Shown: piece by piece, positions 49,801 to 64,000 of the stretch | Position numbering within the stretch: the stretch's first letter is position 1 | Layout: the number at the start of each line of letters is the position of its first letter | DNA from: Balanoglossus misakiensis | Taxonomy: Eukaryota; Animalia; Hemichordata | NCBI GenBank assembly: GCA_040954595.2 | Contig: CM082595.2 | Location: 2,899,943-2,963,942 of the forward strand | Reading direction: 5' to 3' | Length of the DNA stretch: 64,000 nt | Translations under genes and position numbers: made by a program | Notes under the pieces: model-generated | The model's database searches: none | Told to the model about the DNA's origin: nothing | Seen by the model: only the letters and a program-made list of their open reading frames with translations

Positions 49801-52800
49801 TCTCACTCTGATTTTTACTCCGTTGTCGTATCAGGGTACATCAACGAAGGAGGAACTTTAAACTTGAGGAGATTTGAAAAATATTTACAGCAGCTCTCAC
49901 AGGTGAGTGAATGAAAAGAAGATCATACATGTATGGCACCTACCATATCCCAATTTGAAGTCATAATAAGAAGCAGACACATTTGTTATTAGGGAGATAT
50001 ATTTACATGATGATATATAAGTAAACAATCATAAATATGTACTACTGTGAGCATTGTTATTTTCATAATATTGTGAATGATTAGTGATGATTGTTGACAT
50101 TTTATTTCATTGTTTGTTCATTTTTAGTTTGACAGAAACAAGTTCAGCCAGACAAATGTGGATCTCAAGTATTTTGAAGGCAAGAAGAATGGCGGTGAAA
50201 GAGGCGCTTGGAAAGGAAAGAGATTGAAGAAAAAACAGGAAGAAGCTTCTTTGCAATCAAATGGTGGAATGAATTATTCTGTAAGAATATTCAATATTTG
50301 GTTTCCTAATTTCCATTGACTGATTCATCCAGTCTTTTCTTGTGATAGAAACTGTCAGTCATCTGTACAGCAGACGTGACCCTGGACGTTTTTGATGGAT
50401 GCAACGAAAATCATTCATGTTTGAAAATTTTTGCTCTCAGGACATGATGATGCTTGACACCTTTGGTTTAAAAGATGACGACAGTGAAGAAACTAGTGGA
50501 GACACGACAGATGATGATGCTATTAGCAAAACTAGTAAGTACTAAAAATTTTGATTAAAATGCGCCCCTTCATTCTTATTGTGTTCATTTGAGATCTTTC
50601 ACAAGTAGATAGATAGCATTCCTGATATTCAATATTCCTTTTTTTTCAGATCCACTTGTGTCTGGTGAGGACGATGAAGAAATATTCGAAATTGAATTCA
50701 GACAACATAAGAGAGATTACTACCGCACAAAATTAGGATTTGACAATGTCACAGAGTGAGTAGAAATGTTAATTAATTAATTTCTTTAATATTAATTATT
50801 ATAATGTCTGTGTAACTTTACACAATCTTGTTTCTTTTTTTATTTAGAATTTCAAGCATGAACGCTTGATAAATAACGTTTGTATTCCCTTCTGGTTTCA
50901 GGGCAGTTTTGAAGGACCAGGCCAAATGTTATGTCACAGCAATACAGTGGATTTTACATTATTACTACAATGGAGTGCAATCTTGGAGTTGGTGAGTCTA
51001 ACATCGATAATTTGGCATCTCTCAAATAACATGGCAGTTGTAAATCTCAGACATAGAGTGCAGTTATGTATATATCCGAAAGTTGGCAAAATAACTTGTT
51101 CCTGATTTAAGTCTGGTTGTTGTTTCAGGTTTTATCCGTATCACTATGCACCTTTCATGTCGGACATCAAAGGCTTCAGTGACGTGGAAATCAGGATAGA
51201 CCGTGGAAGACCATTTCTACCATTCCAACAGTTACTTGGAGTACTACCAGCTGCCAGCAAAGAGCTCTTGCCAGAGGCATACCAGGTCAGTCATTCCAGA
51301 TACTTTATGCACCGTACGACTTAACCCTTTCACTGCCATGGTTTGGTCCAAATCCATTGTTTCCTTCGGTAATGTTGAACCCCTCCAAGGTCCAGTGGGA
51401 TTTTATTACAAGCAAAACAGCATGAATTGTTTTCATCCCATAGCATTATCATCATCTTAATTAATGTGTTTAATTTCAGAACTTAATGATCATGGACAAC
51501 TCTCCCATCATAGAGTACTATCCGATCGACTTCAAAACAGATCTCAATGGTAAACAGCAAGATTGGGAGGCTGTGGTGCTTATACCTTTTATAGATGAGG
51601 TAATTATTATAATTATCTGACGATGCATAAGTTATCATTCATGAGACCCTGCAAGGATCTTGCGTGGCTAGGCAATTTGTATGAGAGGACATTCTCATGA
51701 GACACAGGACCAACAGCCTATGGCCCATCATGTTTCATACAAAGTTTGACTTGTATTACATTGTACTTGGTTCAACCCATTGCTGCAGTAATAAATCAAG
51801 TCTTGCGAGATCACATAATGAACAGAAAGTTATCTACTATGCTGCACTTTCATTTCAGGGTCGACTTTTGGCAGCCATGGAACCGCTGAATCGAACACTA
51901 ACTGAGGCAGAAAAGAGAAGGAACAGTCACGGTCCACATTTACTGTACACTTACGACGAAGATTTCTCTGTGACTTATCCATCCTCACTTCCTGGTCACT
52001 TTCCAGATATTGTCTCCTGTCATGCCAGGTGAGATGTGGGGTGTTTAAACCCCTTTACATTAGTGGTTTGGTTGTATATGAGAATGGGGTGAATTTCTGA
52101 TAGATTGGAGTTACACTGAGACAGTTCGGAAGTGTCTTATGGTGCTTCATCGCGATTATCTTCTTTCGGTCATGTTATGCTTCATTGTCATTGAAATAAG
52201 CCACATGTACCGTTAACTGAACTGAACTGTGATTTCTGTGTTCAAACAAGATGAAAAGCCATTTAAAATTCTAATTTCTTTGCTAAAATAAAACAATCAG
52301 GCAATCCGCCATTTGTTAATTTTTACCAGATGTAAATTAGTACCTGCTGAGGAGTTTCAAATTGATCCCGAGAAGATGAGGAAGGGTTTATTACGAGGAA
52401 CCAAGGAGGGTGTCTATTACCCAGGATTCCCGACTATGAAACATATACCTCATTCTGTAAGTACTCTTGACTCCCATCTTGCACCTTGAGAATCAGGGTA
52501 AAGTTGGAATTAATGTTTCATCTGCCCTCAAGGTACATGAATGACCAATGTAAAGCAGCCTGTTACTTTGTTGAAAAGTTGATACCAAATAAGAGACTGA
52601 ATATTTTCCATTCCTTCATTCACTGCAGGCGAAACTCAAGAGATTGGGGGTGAAAGTCTTTCAGATGAACAGTAGAAATGAAAACATGATACTAACCATA
52701 GAAGATCAACCAGAATCGGTAAGTTTAGATAGAAAAGTGTTCGTGAAATACTTTCATTTAATGAAGGAAGCTATTCCCACCTTATGATACCAGTGTGAAC

Positions 52801-54036
52801 TGTTCCAAACATTTCTTATAATTTTCACACATTGTATATGCTTTTGATTCACTGAAACTCTCTGTACGTCTTTGCTGCTAGGATATTGAGAAAACTGCCA
52901 ACAGTTTGCTTGGGAAGACAGTCTTTGCTAGCTGGCCACATTTACAGGAGGTTCGTGTGGTGTCTGTTTCTGATGATGAAGTCAGGTAAGTAACTTCAGA
53001 AAAAATTCAGCAATCTCATGTACATGGACAGACTTACCAGTGTTGCTTATTCTGTTATGAATCAAGTATAAAGTACACATACATTGCACAAGACTAACTT
53101 TGTGTGTTTAATATGCATTCCTTCCAATCCTTGGCAGGTATGATTTGAAAGAAAACAAGGTTAAGAATCCAGCACGTCCTGTTACAAGTGAGATTGTCAA
53201 CACAACACAGTCTGATCATGATATAGGCAGATGGGTACGAGAAGTTCAAAGTATTACAGAAAGGTAAGGTCCTTCATACATCATTAAGCTCAGTTCTAGG
53301 ACATGTTACCCTTGGACCTTTATAGACTGGAGTAATTTTTATTAGCTGTTGTTTATAGCTCCACTATATGTAACTTTTGACTATTCAGTATTTTTGTTCT
53401 CTGTATCATCATTTAAATGTTTGTTTATTTTTCCAGCTATCAGTCGAGGAAAGGTGTTGATATTGGCCAGACTACAGTACTGATACATGCCGCCCCATTG
53501 GTAGGAAGAAAGTAAGTTGTATTCACAGCACTGGTTGTTGTCAAAAAAGCGAACGTCTGTGCTCTGCAGGAATGTTAAACTCAAACCAACTCAAATCGAA
53601 AGCCCTGTTTTTGTCTGCTGAGGTCCAAGTTAACTGATATTTACATCCAAGATGAAAGAAGTCTTCAATTCAATGGACATTATAGGCAGTCTCAGTTCAT
53701 TTTCCTTGTCGTCACACAGACATGCACGCAGGCATACACAAGCACACACACATAATTTATCCATGAAAGTTGATATAAACACAGGTTTTATTGTTCGCTG
53801 TAGGTACATATGTGGTGCTAGCGGAGTTATAACACTCGAAAAGCAATGGGCAATGAACCCTATCGCATATGCACTGCAAACAACTGTCAAAGTAAGTGCA
53901 GTTTTACCAATGATTGATCAATGGTTGTGGTGTTGTTGATGATGATGATGATGATGGTGATGATGATGGTGATGGTGATGGTGATGGTGATGATGATGAT
54001 GATGATGACGATGGTAGTAATAGTGAAGATGATGAC

Positions 54037-54112
<76 letters not shown>

Positions 54113-57100
54113 GTAGTAATAGTGATGATGATGATGATGATGATGAGTGTGTTTCAGTAACCAGAATGGTATGAAAGACGTTTTTACTTCTAGTCAGCAA
54201 ATCAATATCATCTTCTTTGTTTCAGGATATTGCTGCATATGATCCAACCTACACTCAGTTCAAATCGTTAGAGGAACTCTTTCCTGAGAAGTCGGTCTGT
54301 TTCATGCTTGGATCGCCCCATTATGGCTGTATGGGGGAAGTAAGTCACCTTTGACAGTGTTTTTGCTAAGGTTGGGGAACATTAGTAATGGATTTGGGAA
54401 CCCCGGTAACATTTCTACAACCCCCTAATATAACTACTTTGATACATTCAGGGGAACCCCGGTAAAATGACTGGGGAACTCCGGTAGATTTTACCTAGGT
54501 ACCACCCTTAACAAAAACACTGTTTGATGATGGGGTTTGACTGATGCACAATAATGTCTCAATTCTTCTGGAGTGTTTTCGCTTTGATGCAGAATTTCCA
54601 TAATCTGTCCCCAAGACTTAAAAACGAATGGATTTGCAAAATATTGGTGTCGTAGGAAACGTACTTACACATGACGTGAATGTTATGATCTGATGCTTTC
54701 AGGTGATAGAAATTGACAGAAAAGACGAGGCGAGAGTACGAGTGGCGTTCATTACGCCGATGGAACCAAGATTGTATCAGATCATGTCACAGCAAGGCGT
54801 AAGTAGAACTAGTCTGATCTATGTACATGATACCCTGTCACACGTCAAATGCTTACCCCAACTCAGTATGTGAATAAGGCTATGATGTTTGTAAACTGCC
54901 TTAAATATATATATGTGCCATGACCAGCTGTTTAGACTTAAAATCAGTGACATAACAATCATATGCATATAGACTCTAAGACTGTGCTTTTACCTCTACT
55001 GTCCTGTAAAGATGACAATGAGAGAGCAACAATATTTCATTCCTGTTAAAAAAGAACTCATCTTGATTTTTATCCTTGCAGAAATATGAAGTGAAATATT
55101 TCCCTGGGTATGTGTTAGCGAAGAGACTCGGAATCAGTAGCCACTTGGTGTCAAGAATCACTGGATCATTCTTTGTTTTCAAAGGAAGCAGGTAAGATGG
55201 CGTTATATTGAAATAGGAGGAAGTTTAACCCATTCACCATTATGGTTCAGTCCAAACCCACAGTTTTCTGTGGTGGTTGGACCTCTAATGAGGGAACTGG
55301 GGGTGAACAGGTTAAGGACGAAGTATATGCAGACAGGCACAGATGTAATGTAACATACATGCTGGTATTCTGTCAGCATCTACCAGTATATCATCCATAC
55401 AATGTAGGAATCACGCACGCTTTTAACCAATCTTGTATTGTGCTGTCATTTTCTCTTTGAACAAATACCATTTCTTCATCTATGTCTTATTCCAGCGCTC
55501 TCAGCAGTACGAACAAAGTGAACATCGGCTTGAATCTGAAATTCAACAAGAAGAACAAGGAAGTGCCGGGATACACCCGGAAGAATGAGGAAGACAGCCA
55601 GTGGCTCTATTCCGTACAGACACAAGGCATCATCGGAGACTATATCTCAAGGTAAGGGAGAACACAGCACCTGGCCCTCTAGTGTTTGAAATATGCACAT
55701 CATCTGAGGTGTATGTAGTAATCAAGGTTTTGCTAAGGTTTGGAACACACTGAGTAAAACCTGTCTAATCCGAATACAGTAGGGACTGAAGAAACTGTTC
55801 TGATTGTAGAGGTGTCCGGTTTGTCAAGGTTCTTTTAACATGTACTTCTATGCCAAAGGGACGAGATAGGAACCTCAGAAAAAAAAGCAAGCCTTGTTCT
55901 GCGTTCTCGCTAGAAATAGATCAGTGAATATCCATCTGCAGATGCTTATATATGAAAACTATTTCCATTTCAGATATCCAGAACTGTTTGACTACATTGC
56001 AAAGAATGCCCAAAATGAAGATTTCCACGAGGAGGACGCGTTTGGGAGAGATTCGAACACGCTGTCAGATATCAGTGAATGGTTGAAGACGTTGCCTTGT
56101 CATGGCATAGAACAGGTTACGTGTGGACAGAAGACATTGGATGAGAATGTTGTCAGTGCTATTGTGGAGGAGATTGACAAGCAGACGGTAAGGCTAGAAC
56201 TGGATTGAACTAGTTTGAACCAGTCATCTGCAGAATTGAATGAGTATAGATTGTTTTAACCAGAAAAATATGAAAACACATTTACTGGGAGAATTGCCAA
56301 CATACAATAGAAATGATTCGCAATAGTTCAATCCTGTGCCATTGTTTCTAAGGTAAAATTGGATCTCTGCATTGGGAAACAGGGGTGAAAGGGTTTTTCA
56401 ATAGATGTTATATTTATTGTTGTCCCCAGGAAACCAAACAGAAGAGAAAATTGATTATCAGGGTGAAACCATATCTTCTGTTCAGGGTGAGTTCAGCTAT
56501 TTGTTTTCAACATTGCCACACGTACACAGATCATATTTCTTTATTTGTTTCTTATACTAATGCCAAAGATACATACACCTATCCTAATTAAGGCACAGTT
56601 AACATTCAACTATGCTTGTTTCTCCATTTCAGCCATTTGACTACCAAGGAAATATGATTCCTGATCCAGAAGTGGATTATGAATTATTCGACCGAGTTAT
56701 CAATATTCGAGAAGGTTACACAGTTCCTCTCGGACTGCGGGGTGTGGTCGTTGGAATCATAACAGGTTTGGTGAAAAGTTTATTTTTTTCTGAATTATTG
56801 TCAGAGGTTTTTGTACACACAGTGATAGTGTACATCAGATTTTCGCATTTGATAGCAGTACTCATACAGTTTCCATGGTTATTTGCAGTTGAAAATACGA
56901 AAGATGTCCTGTACGACGTGATCTTCGACAAAGAGTTTGAGGGTGCTCTGGTGCGTAGCTGCGGCCAGCGAGGCTATCACATGCCGCCGTCGGCGCTCAT
57001 CAACATCAGCTACGGAATCCGGAAGGAGCACTACAAGGAGAACGGAATCCAGCGACCGACGGCCGTTGTCAAGACGCAGCATTCGGACAGATTCCAGGGC

Positions 57101-60100
57101 AACAGGCCCGAGAGGACGAAGAGTCGCGAGTGGTACGCCGATGTCGTGAAATCCGCTGGGTCGTCGGCACCCGACATGCGAAGAGGGTACAACAGTCCCA
57201 GGATCAACCATTCTCCAAATTCACCGTTTGTACCAAGTCAAGTAAGCAGAAATTATATACAGTCAAACTTGTCTATAGTGGCCAGTCAAGGGGCTTTCCT
57301 AAACTGGCCTTTATAAACAGGTCAATAAATGCACATAAAGATTGCATAGGGACTGTAACAAAGTGGCCACTATATAGAGGTAACCATATAGGTTTGCTTG
57401 TGTTGGTATGTGAGAATCTGCAAATAGAAGCTTTTCATATAGGCTGGAAACATGTAGATGATGAACCTGTTTCTAACTATGCTGTCTGTTTGACATGGCA
57501 AGGTCAACACTGACCACTGTGCTGTATCATTTAACTTGTGCATACATGTACTTCACATTCTAATCCAGACCCATCTTTCTGACCAACAGACCTACAGTAA
57601 AGGCAGAAGCAGTGACCTTTCACCCCATCCGGCCTCTGTCAAACCCTTCTCGTCATCTTCCCCCTACGGTCAAACTAAACCACACTACACACCCCCAAAC
57701 GCTGCCAAGAACCAACCTCTGCTTCAGACTCCGCAGACATCATCATCACACCAGCAAAAGAACTACCAACCGTCTCCAAGGCAACAGGGTCAAGGGTCGA
57801 CGTCTAGGCAACAGCCCCAGAAGAAGGATACCCCTCAAAGAGTGATGATAATGAAACGAGAACAGATACCTCAAGCACAGAACAAGGTAACACTCCCAGT
57901 TGCATTTAGAGTCAGGGTACTATGCACATTTTCACTGTCCATCATGCTGTCAACCAAACTGCTATTACTACTAGAGTATTTAGTAAATCATACAATAAAT
58001 TTCACAATAAAGTTACTACATGTATAACTGTGACGATCAGCTAGTAACACTTAGTGTGAGATTAATGTATTCATATATGTGCCTCAAAATTCAGTCTTAA
58101 ACTTTTTCTCATATTTTTGAACCCCTGTGCCACCACATTTTGATCCAACCCCATGCATTTCGATGACATAGGTCGTTCCATGTACATGGGATTAGGGGTG
58201 TAAGGGTTTAATATCTGCATTTGTCGCATCACAGGGACAGGGACAAAGGAGTACTGGGAATGCAGACGGAAGCGAATTTGCCAATATGTGGAAACAACTG
58301 CAGGATTCTCCATCGACAGCCAAGGACGACAGGACCACTTCCAAGGCACCCGCACAGCCGAGTCTGGCAATGGCTGCGGAATCCCTCCCGATGAAGTCGG
58401 CGCAGGAGGAAAGAGAGAAGATGAGGAAGAGCACGGAATTCCCGGACGACGGCACCGGAATCCAGCAGAGCTGGACGCCGCATAAAAAAGTACAGATTGA
58501 AAAGGACGGTCAAAATGCTGCTGACGTGAGCGAGGACTTCAATAAGATTCTGAGCACATTGAATGTGGCAACGGACGAAGGGACGGAGTCTACAGTGACC
58601 ATTGTCAATAGCAGTGAAAGACCGAAGGGTCATGGTGACCATGGCGATGGGCTGACCGATGAAGACAGGCAGTCTCCAAGCACCAGAGCTAGAGTAAATA
58701 TTTGTTATACAAATTCGATTTGTGTTATCAGAAGCTCTGATTATGTATCAGCATTGTCTGTTACCTCTCGCTTTCTCCATTTGCTTTTCTCAGTGTATTC
58801 CTGATCTAACCTAGCATTAAACTTTGATTTTGTATTATGTTCGTGTGTGATACAGCTAGAGGAAGACTCGGTCAATATACGCAAGCTATTGCACATAGGC
58901 GGTTCCCAGCAGAGCCCACAGACAGATGCAAGTTCCGCACAACAGGCCCCAGCCACACCACCAGCAGCAACAACAGTAGTCCCTCCAAGTAGTCCCTATG
59001 GTAAGCCCATACAGCTGTCTGCTTTATTCCAAGGTAAATACATCTATTCTATGCACGGTGGTCGATATTCGGCGTGACCCTTGTGTCCTGCATGGTTGAT
59101 GTTTACCTGTGTTTTCTGTGAAGTTTTGTACTTTGACAGTCAGTCAGTTGGTGTGAATGTATGACTGCTTGTGAACAAAATATTGGCTCCAAGTTGAATC
59201 CCTCGTTCGATGTTCCAGTATGGTAACGTAGATGTTTGTTTTGACATTTGTATATGTGTTACTGTCACTCATATGTTTTCAAGTAATGTTTGACTTCATT
59301 AATTGTCTTGTTTTCATCATTGAATAAATGTTGCATGGACCTTTAACCCTTTCACCACCATGGTTTGGTCCAACTCCATTGATCTCAATTACAGTGCGGG
59401 ACCTCTATATAGGAAAATGGGGGTGCAGTGAAAGGGTTAAGGTTGTTACTGTATTAATTCATATCATCAAATACTAAAGATGTAATTGTCTCTTTTAAGG
59501 AATCTTGGTTGGAGTTTGGATAATGATCACTAACCTTTCATTTTCACAGACTCACTCATTCACAAATAATACTCATTCCTCTAATCATGTTCTCAGTTTA
59601 TCAGCAATTTTCTCTCCCATTATAAATCGTAGAAGATATGCTCATTTTCGTTGAATGTAAGATCTAAAGTTTAAATGGTATAAGTGATGAGTTATGTTGT
59701 GATATTTTTATTTGAATAATGGATAATTTTGTTGGCATTTGTTTAATACAGCAGCTAGTTCGCAACCTGCTGCAGCAGTGTCGCAGCCAACTGCCGCAGT
59801 CCAGAGCAGACCTGGTCCTGCCGTGACAGCCAGCACTGGTGCACCGATCGTACAACAGGCAAACTGGGTAGTGGAACTTCTCAACTGGTGCCAGGGCCAA
59901 AGGATGCACCCGCCGAGGTTTCAATACGAACAAAATCCAAACGTAGGTCTCCATCTTTACACATATTCACCTAGCAATGATACTTAGTTAGCTGTAGCAT
60001 CATAGTCTTGTTCCTACCACAAGAGGACGCTGTTTATATTCCTTGTCTGATCTTGTTCTCACAGGGATCTGTTGTCAGCACATGTAGCCTGAATAATGGT

Positions 60101-61612
60101 ATGAGGTTTCAGGGCGTTCCTTGTCCGAGTAAAGAACTGGCCGGTCAAAGTGCAGCATTTGTAGCTCTTTCACAGTTGGTAGGTATTGGGTAAATGGTTG
60201 TGGATAAATTTACATTTTACTAACAATACGCAGTAGTTGACTTGGAATTGGTTTCCCACTCATTCAAATCATCTCTCAGCAGGTCTATGGCAGCCAAGCA
60301 CAGCAGCAACATTATCCTCCGTCACCGAGGCAACCGCAAATGATGCACTCGCCACGTCACCCGTCTCCATTGATGTCGCCACAGACGAGGTCGGTCCCAG
60401 TGAGGATGCCCAACGATGGCGGAGTTGCCATCAGAAGCCGGCATCTCTCACACCAACACATGCCCGCAAATATGCAACCTACTATGGGTGAGTGTTGACA
60501 GGTTTTTAGGTCCCAGTCAAGGGACTTTCCTAAACTGGCCTTCATAGACAAGTGGCCTTTATAGACAGGTCAATTAATGCATATGTAAACTGCACAGGGA
60601 CTGTAACAAAGTGGCCACTATAGAGAGGTGGACACTAACACAGGTTTGACTGTATTTACATGTATATATACCATTGGAACTTTATGAGATCAGCGACATC
60701 TATATGTATGTATGTCTGTGTGTATGTTTGTCTCTTGACATGGCCATTCTTTGCATCTGTATTGGGACCACTGGATATTACTGATGTTTGTGTGTATTGT
60801 TTGCTCTTCTAGGTCAAACAGGAATGTCTCCCAGACAAGCGTTTCCTCATCCTCAGTACCACCACCACCACCAACAGCAAAGGCCCTTCCCATCACCACA
60901 GCAACAGTACCAACAACACTATAATCATCAACATTATCAACATCAACAACATTATAACGCACAGCCCTACGGCTATGGCAGTCCACAGAATGCTTATCCC
61001 CAACAGATGTACAATAATCCACAGTCCAACCTCTTTGTGCCACTACAGGTGGGTGTCTTGCATATGTGATATCACCTATCTCTAACTGTGTATGTGTGTG
61101 TATGTCCATGTAAGTGTGTATATGTATGTATGGGTGGATGTGTATGTCTATATGTGTATGTGTGTGTGCATGTATGTGTACATGTATGTGTTTGTGTATG
61201 TATGCTCACTCTGTCTGTGTATGTGTTGAAGTTCATTGCGTAGGTGATAGTCTGTGTCACCTGTTCCCAAGTACCCTCACATTTCAATAATGACTTGGTT
61301 TCACAACGTGTCTCCCAACAGGTTACTAGGCAACAGAAGATACCAAACAAGGCCAAAGATCAAGGTCAGGGTCACACACTATCAGGAGAGGTCGTGGACA
61401 CCACCCAAGTGACCTCCAATCAAGGAGAGATAGTGTCACAAACCAACACAACAGAAAGCGATGGACCGTTGAACGCAGCACACCACGCCCCAGGAGAATC
61501 AGAGAGACAAGACATCGAGCAGAGACGGAGTTCGAAACCTGCGACGAAACATTCTACAAGAGGACGGCCTAAGGCCAAGCTGGCCATAAACTTCCAGAGT
61601 TCAACGTCATAG
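46878..61612 (+). CDS. XRN1: 5'-3' exoribonuclease 1
   Basis: [118 protein letters not shown] and [22 protein letters not shown]; C-terminal KAKLAINF*. More than 35 GT-AG exons. Confidence 0.97.
53938..54144. repeat. (GAT)n imperfect microsatellite in an XRN1 intron
   Basis: Long GAT/GGT run; it explains the poly-D, poly-M and poly-S ORFs. Confidence 0.97.
57258..57397. mobile_element. Tc1/mariner-pogo-like MITE (TA|CAGTCAAAC...); second copy at about 60513-60654
   Basis: Shared sequence CCAGTCAAGGG.CTTTCCTAAACTGGCCTT...GGGACTGTAACAAAGTGGCCACTATA. The second copy ends GTTTGACTG|TA, the inverse of the first copy's start. Confidence 0.7.
61087..61225. repeat. (TG/TA)n low-complexity repeat in the last XRN1 intron
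   Basis: Degenerate TGTATG/TGTGTG tract. Confidence 0.85.
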
Positions 61613-64000
61613 TTTTGAGGGATTCAGGGAGATGCGCGATGCTTGGTGGCGCTCTCCGAGTCAGTCACAGTACAGCAGCAATGGAAAGTCATTTTACCGT
61701 ACAGAGAAGCGTGATTTCTTTGGCTGATCATGTTCCGATTCTACAAAGTTGAATTTTTGTGCTGCAGTTTTCCCCCAACTGTTTATTACACTTTGATCGT
61801 GTCATGTTAAGCACTATGTACCCGTTGCTGTCTGCTTTCAGGAGAGAAAAAAAAATCATGAGAATTTAACTGTTAACTGATTTTTAAAATTTACTGAAAT
61901 TTGACAATATGTCCACCACTAGAACTATAATACTATTAATAGTCAAGTCGTTCTACTGTTTAAAAAGAAAGTGATGTTACCCTTTCACCGCCATGGTTTG
62001 GTCCAACTCAATTGATTTCCATGGCAGTGCTGGGCCTCTATACAGAGAAATGGGGGTGAAAGAGTTAATGGTTGCTGCCTGCCAGTAATTTCTTATCTAT
62101 TTCAAATCAACTTGAAAGTTATGACTTGCTGTTTTAGCCAAAAATGTTTCAATCAAGTTATTTGAAATTTTGTCAGTCCTTTTTAACAAAAAAATTGTAT
62201 GATATATTTGAAAAATAATTTAATTTAATTTTTCATTTATTTGTTGTGAAATTTCTTTTCATCTTCCAACTATTATTGGTATCATTTTTTCCTGGGAGAA
62301 TGTCTCATTTGGTTTTACTTGCATTCCTACAGATGTCACAAAATATCTCTGTGCTCTTTGGCAAATCCCCCTCACCCCCACCCACCCCCCAACCCCTGGT
62401 CAAATGCAACAATGACAGTATATGTAGAGTCAGTGAGACTGATCAAATACTTGCATGTGCGTGTTGAGTCTGCTTTGACAGCCTTTGAAACCAGTATTTG
62501 GCATTAATTTTTTCTGACAAAATAAAGTTTTAATTATCACTGTGGACATGAAGTCAGTCACAACGAGTCATATGTTATCCACCTTTCTAGGGTACAGTAT
62601 ACACATGTTGACTGGCCATGAGGGCAACAGCATACGTCTGTAACCCGAGGGACTGTGAGTCACCCCCCAGACTGTTTCACGAGGCTGAAGTCGCTATGGT
62701 GACCAGTTTACACAGGATTTGCTGTATTTGACAGCAATGAGGTTCAACTGATGTGTGAAATTTCATGGAAATGAGTCCCAAACGAAACATACATGCGTTT
62801 TGCTAAATCAGGTCACGAAATCAGGTCACCTGTAGAGTTTATTCATATGGGGACTCTGGTACTGTTCTCAGCACCGCTCGATCAAAGATATATAAAAGCT
62901 AAACACTATCGTCAACAGTCCCTCCATTTATACGATTACTAAATGCGTCAACCTGGCAGCACTTTATATGATCATTACAGCTATGCTGAGGCATGCGTGA
63001 GGTGGGTGGTATATTTATTGCGTGTGTAAAAAGGTCGTTGACACCACCGTTCCCCATACACGTACGGTCAGTGCCATGGGTCTGTGCCTGGTTACCTCAT
63101 GTGGGGTGATCGTGGCTTGACCATACATCGTCTCAACCACAGTCCCTCTAAGGTGCTCGTGATAATGACGTAGTTTTGTTTATCTTTGATCGACGCATAC
63201 GCGCATGTCACCTGGGACTTACGTAATATACACACCCGAGGAAAGCTATATATTGCATGTCCTTTTTAAGTTGGCCCGTTATAGTAATATATCTGGCGTG
63301 TCAGATACATCTGGTAGGACTTCTTAAGGTGAGCATTTCATTTTATTATATAGGTCGTTCACTTGTGCTATAGGCCTATAAAACCATAACGTTTGGGCGG
63401 GTGGCGCAAGGTACCAACCAGGGAATAAGAGCCTCCCGCCCTTATTTAGCTCTGCGTGGCAGGGCTGTGTTATTACGGCGAGCCCTGCCACTCAGAGCTA
63501 GCCATTATTCTGCCTTAGATATATAGAATTTCTATATATCTAAAACACACAGGTATGGGGCCAGGCTACAGTATTGTACAACGCTCGATGTTCTGTCTGA
63601 AATTCAGGGGACAGTGTGACCATGGCAACCACACGCACACTCTCTCCACAGCAGTGTGTGTTGTGTTGTGTTCCAGCGTTCCTCGTAGTGGGGTCTGGTG
63701 TTTTATGTCAGATACTGAAACAAATCTTGATCTTATTCACAAAAGGAAGACTGTTTGGTGAAACGTGTTTATTCAAGACTTCATTCAGATGACTCAGCAG
63801 TATTGACGATTACGCACAGTCAGCTGATACGACTGTTGAATATATTAGACTTGCACCCTCAACAAAAGTCTTGCTTCATGCGTAATACTAGTAGCTCACC
63901 TGGTAATCCACGGGAACTTATGTTGTACCGCTTTGAGTGTCCTTTATGTTTTGGAGATAAATTTATTGTCTTTTGGACAATAGTGATGCCTCACACTGGT

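Noticed and set aside
53904-54200. Poly-Asp, poly-Met and poly-Ser ORFs
   Set aside because: Intronic (GAT)n repeat between two XRN1 exons.
59860-60177. dsRBD-like segment in the XRN1 C-terminal half
   Set aside because: A similar segment exists in vertebrate XRN1, so it is not novel.
1599-61612. Functional cluster of translation and mRNA-decay genes (eIF4G, FARSB, XRN1)
   Set aside because: Housekeeping genes commonly co-occur in gene-dense regions, and there is no sign of shared regulation.

Overview
Gene-dense, intron-rich, AT-rich animal genomic DNA; probably a marine invertebrate, but the taxon cannot be fixed from sequence alone. Left to right it holds a complete multi-exon eIF4G gene (+), two head-to-head paralogous TRIM (RING/B-box/coiled-coil) genes, FARSB (-), GLT8D1 (-) head-to-head with SPCS1 (+), a class C GPCR (mGluR-like) ectodomain-only gene (+) and XRN1 (+). 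Several MITE families and microsatellites are also present. The main discovery is that the + strand TRIM gene splices in frame into six duplicated and re-ordered exons of the neighbouring eIF4G. The predicted chimeric E3 ligase (about 717 aa) keeps the eIF4E-binding motif (YDRDFLL, only synonymous changes) and the PABP-binding motif, but lacks MIF4G, MA3 and W2. It has a rapidly diverged segment at the position matching the picornaviral-protease-sensitive hinge of mammalian eIF4G. Its eIF4E-motif exon is interrupted by nested DNA transposons, although a cryptic acceptor would restore the frame. The sister TRIM appears to have captured a different C-terminus (polyQ, S/T-rich, RNF34/RFFL-type SAP-like). 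All gene models are hand-spliced predictions, and function is inference.
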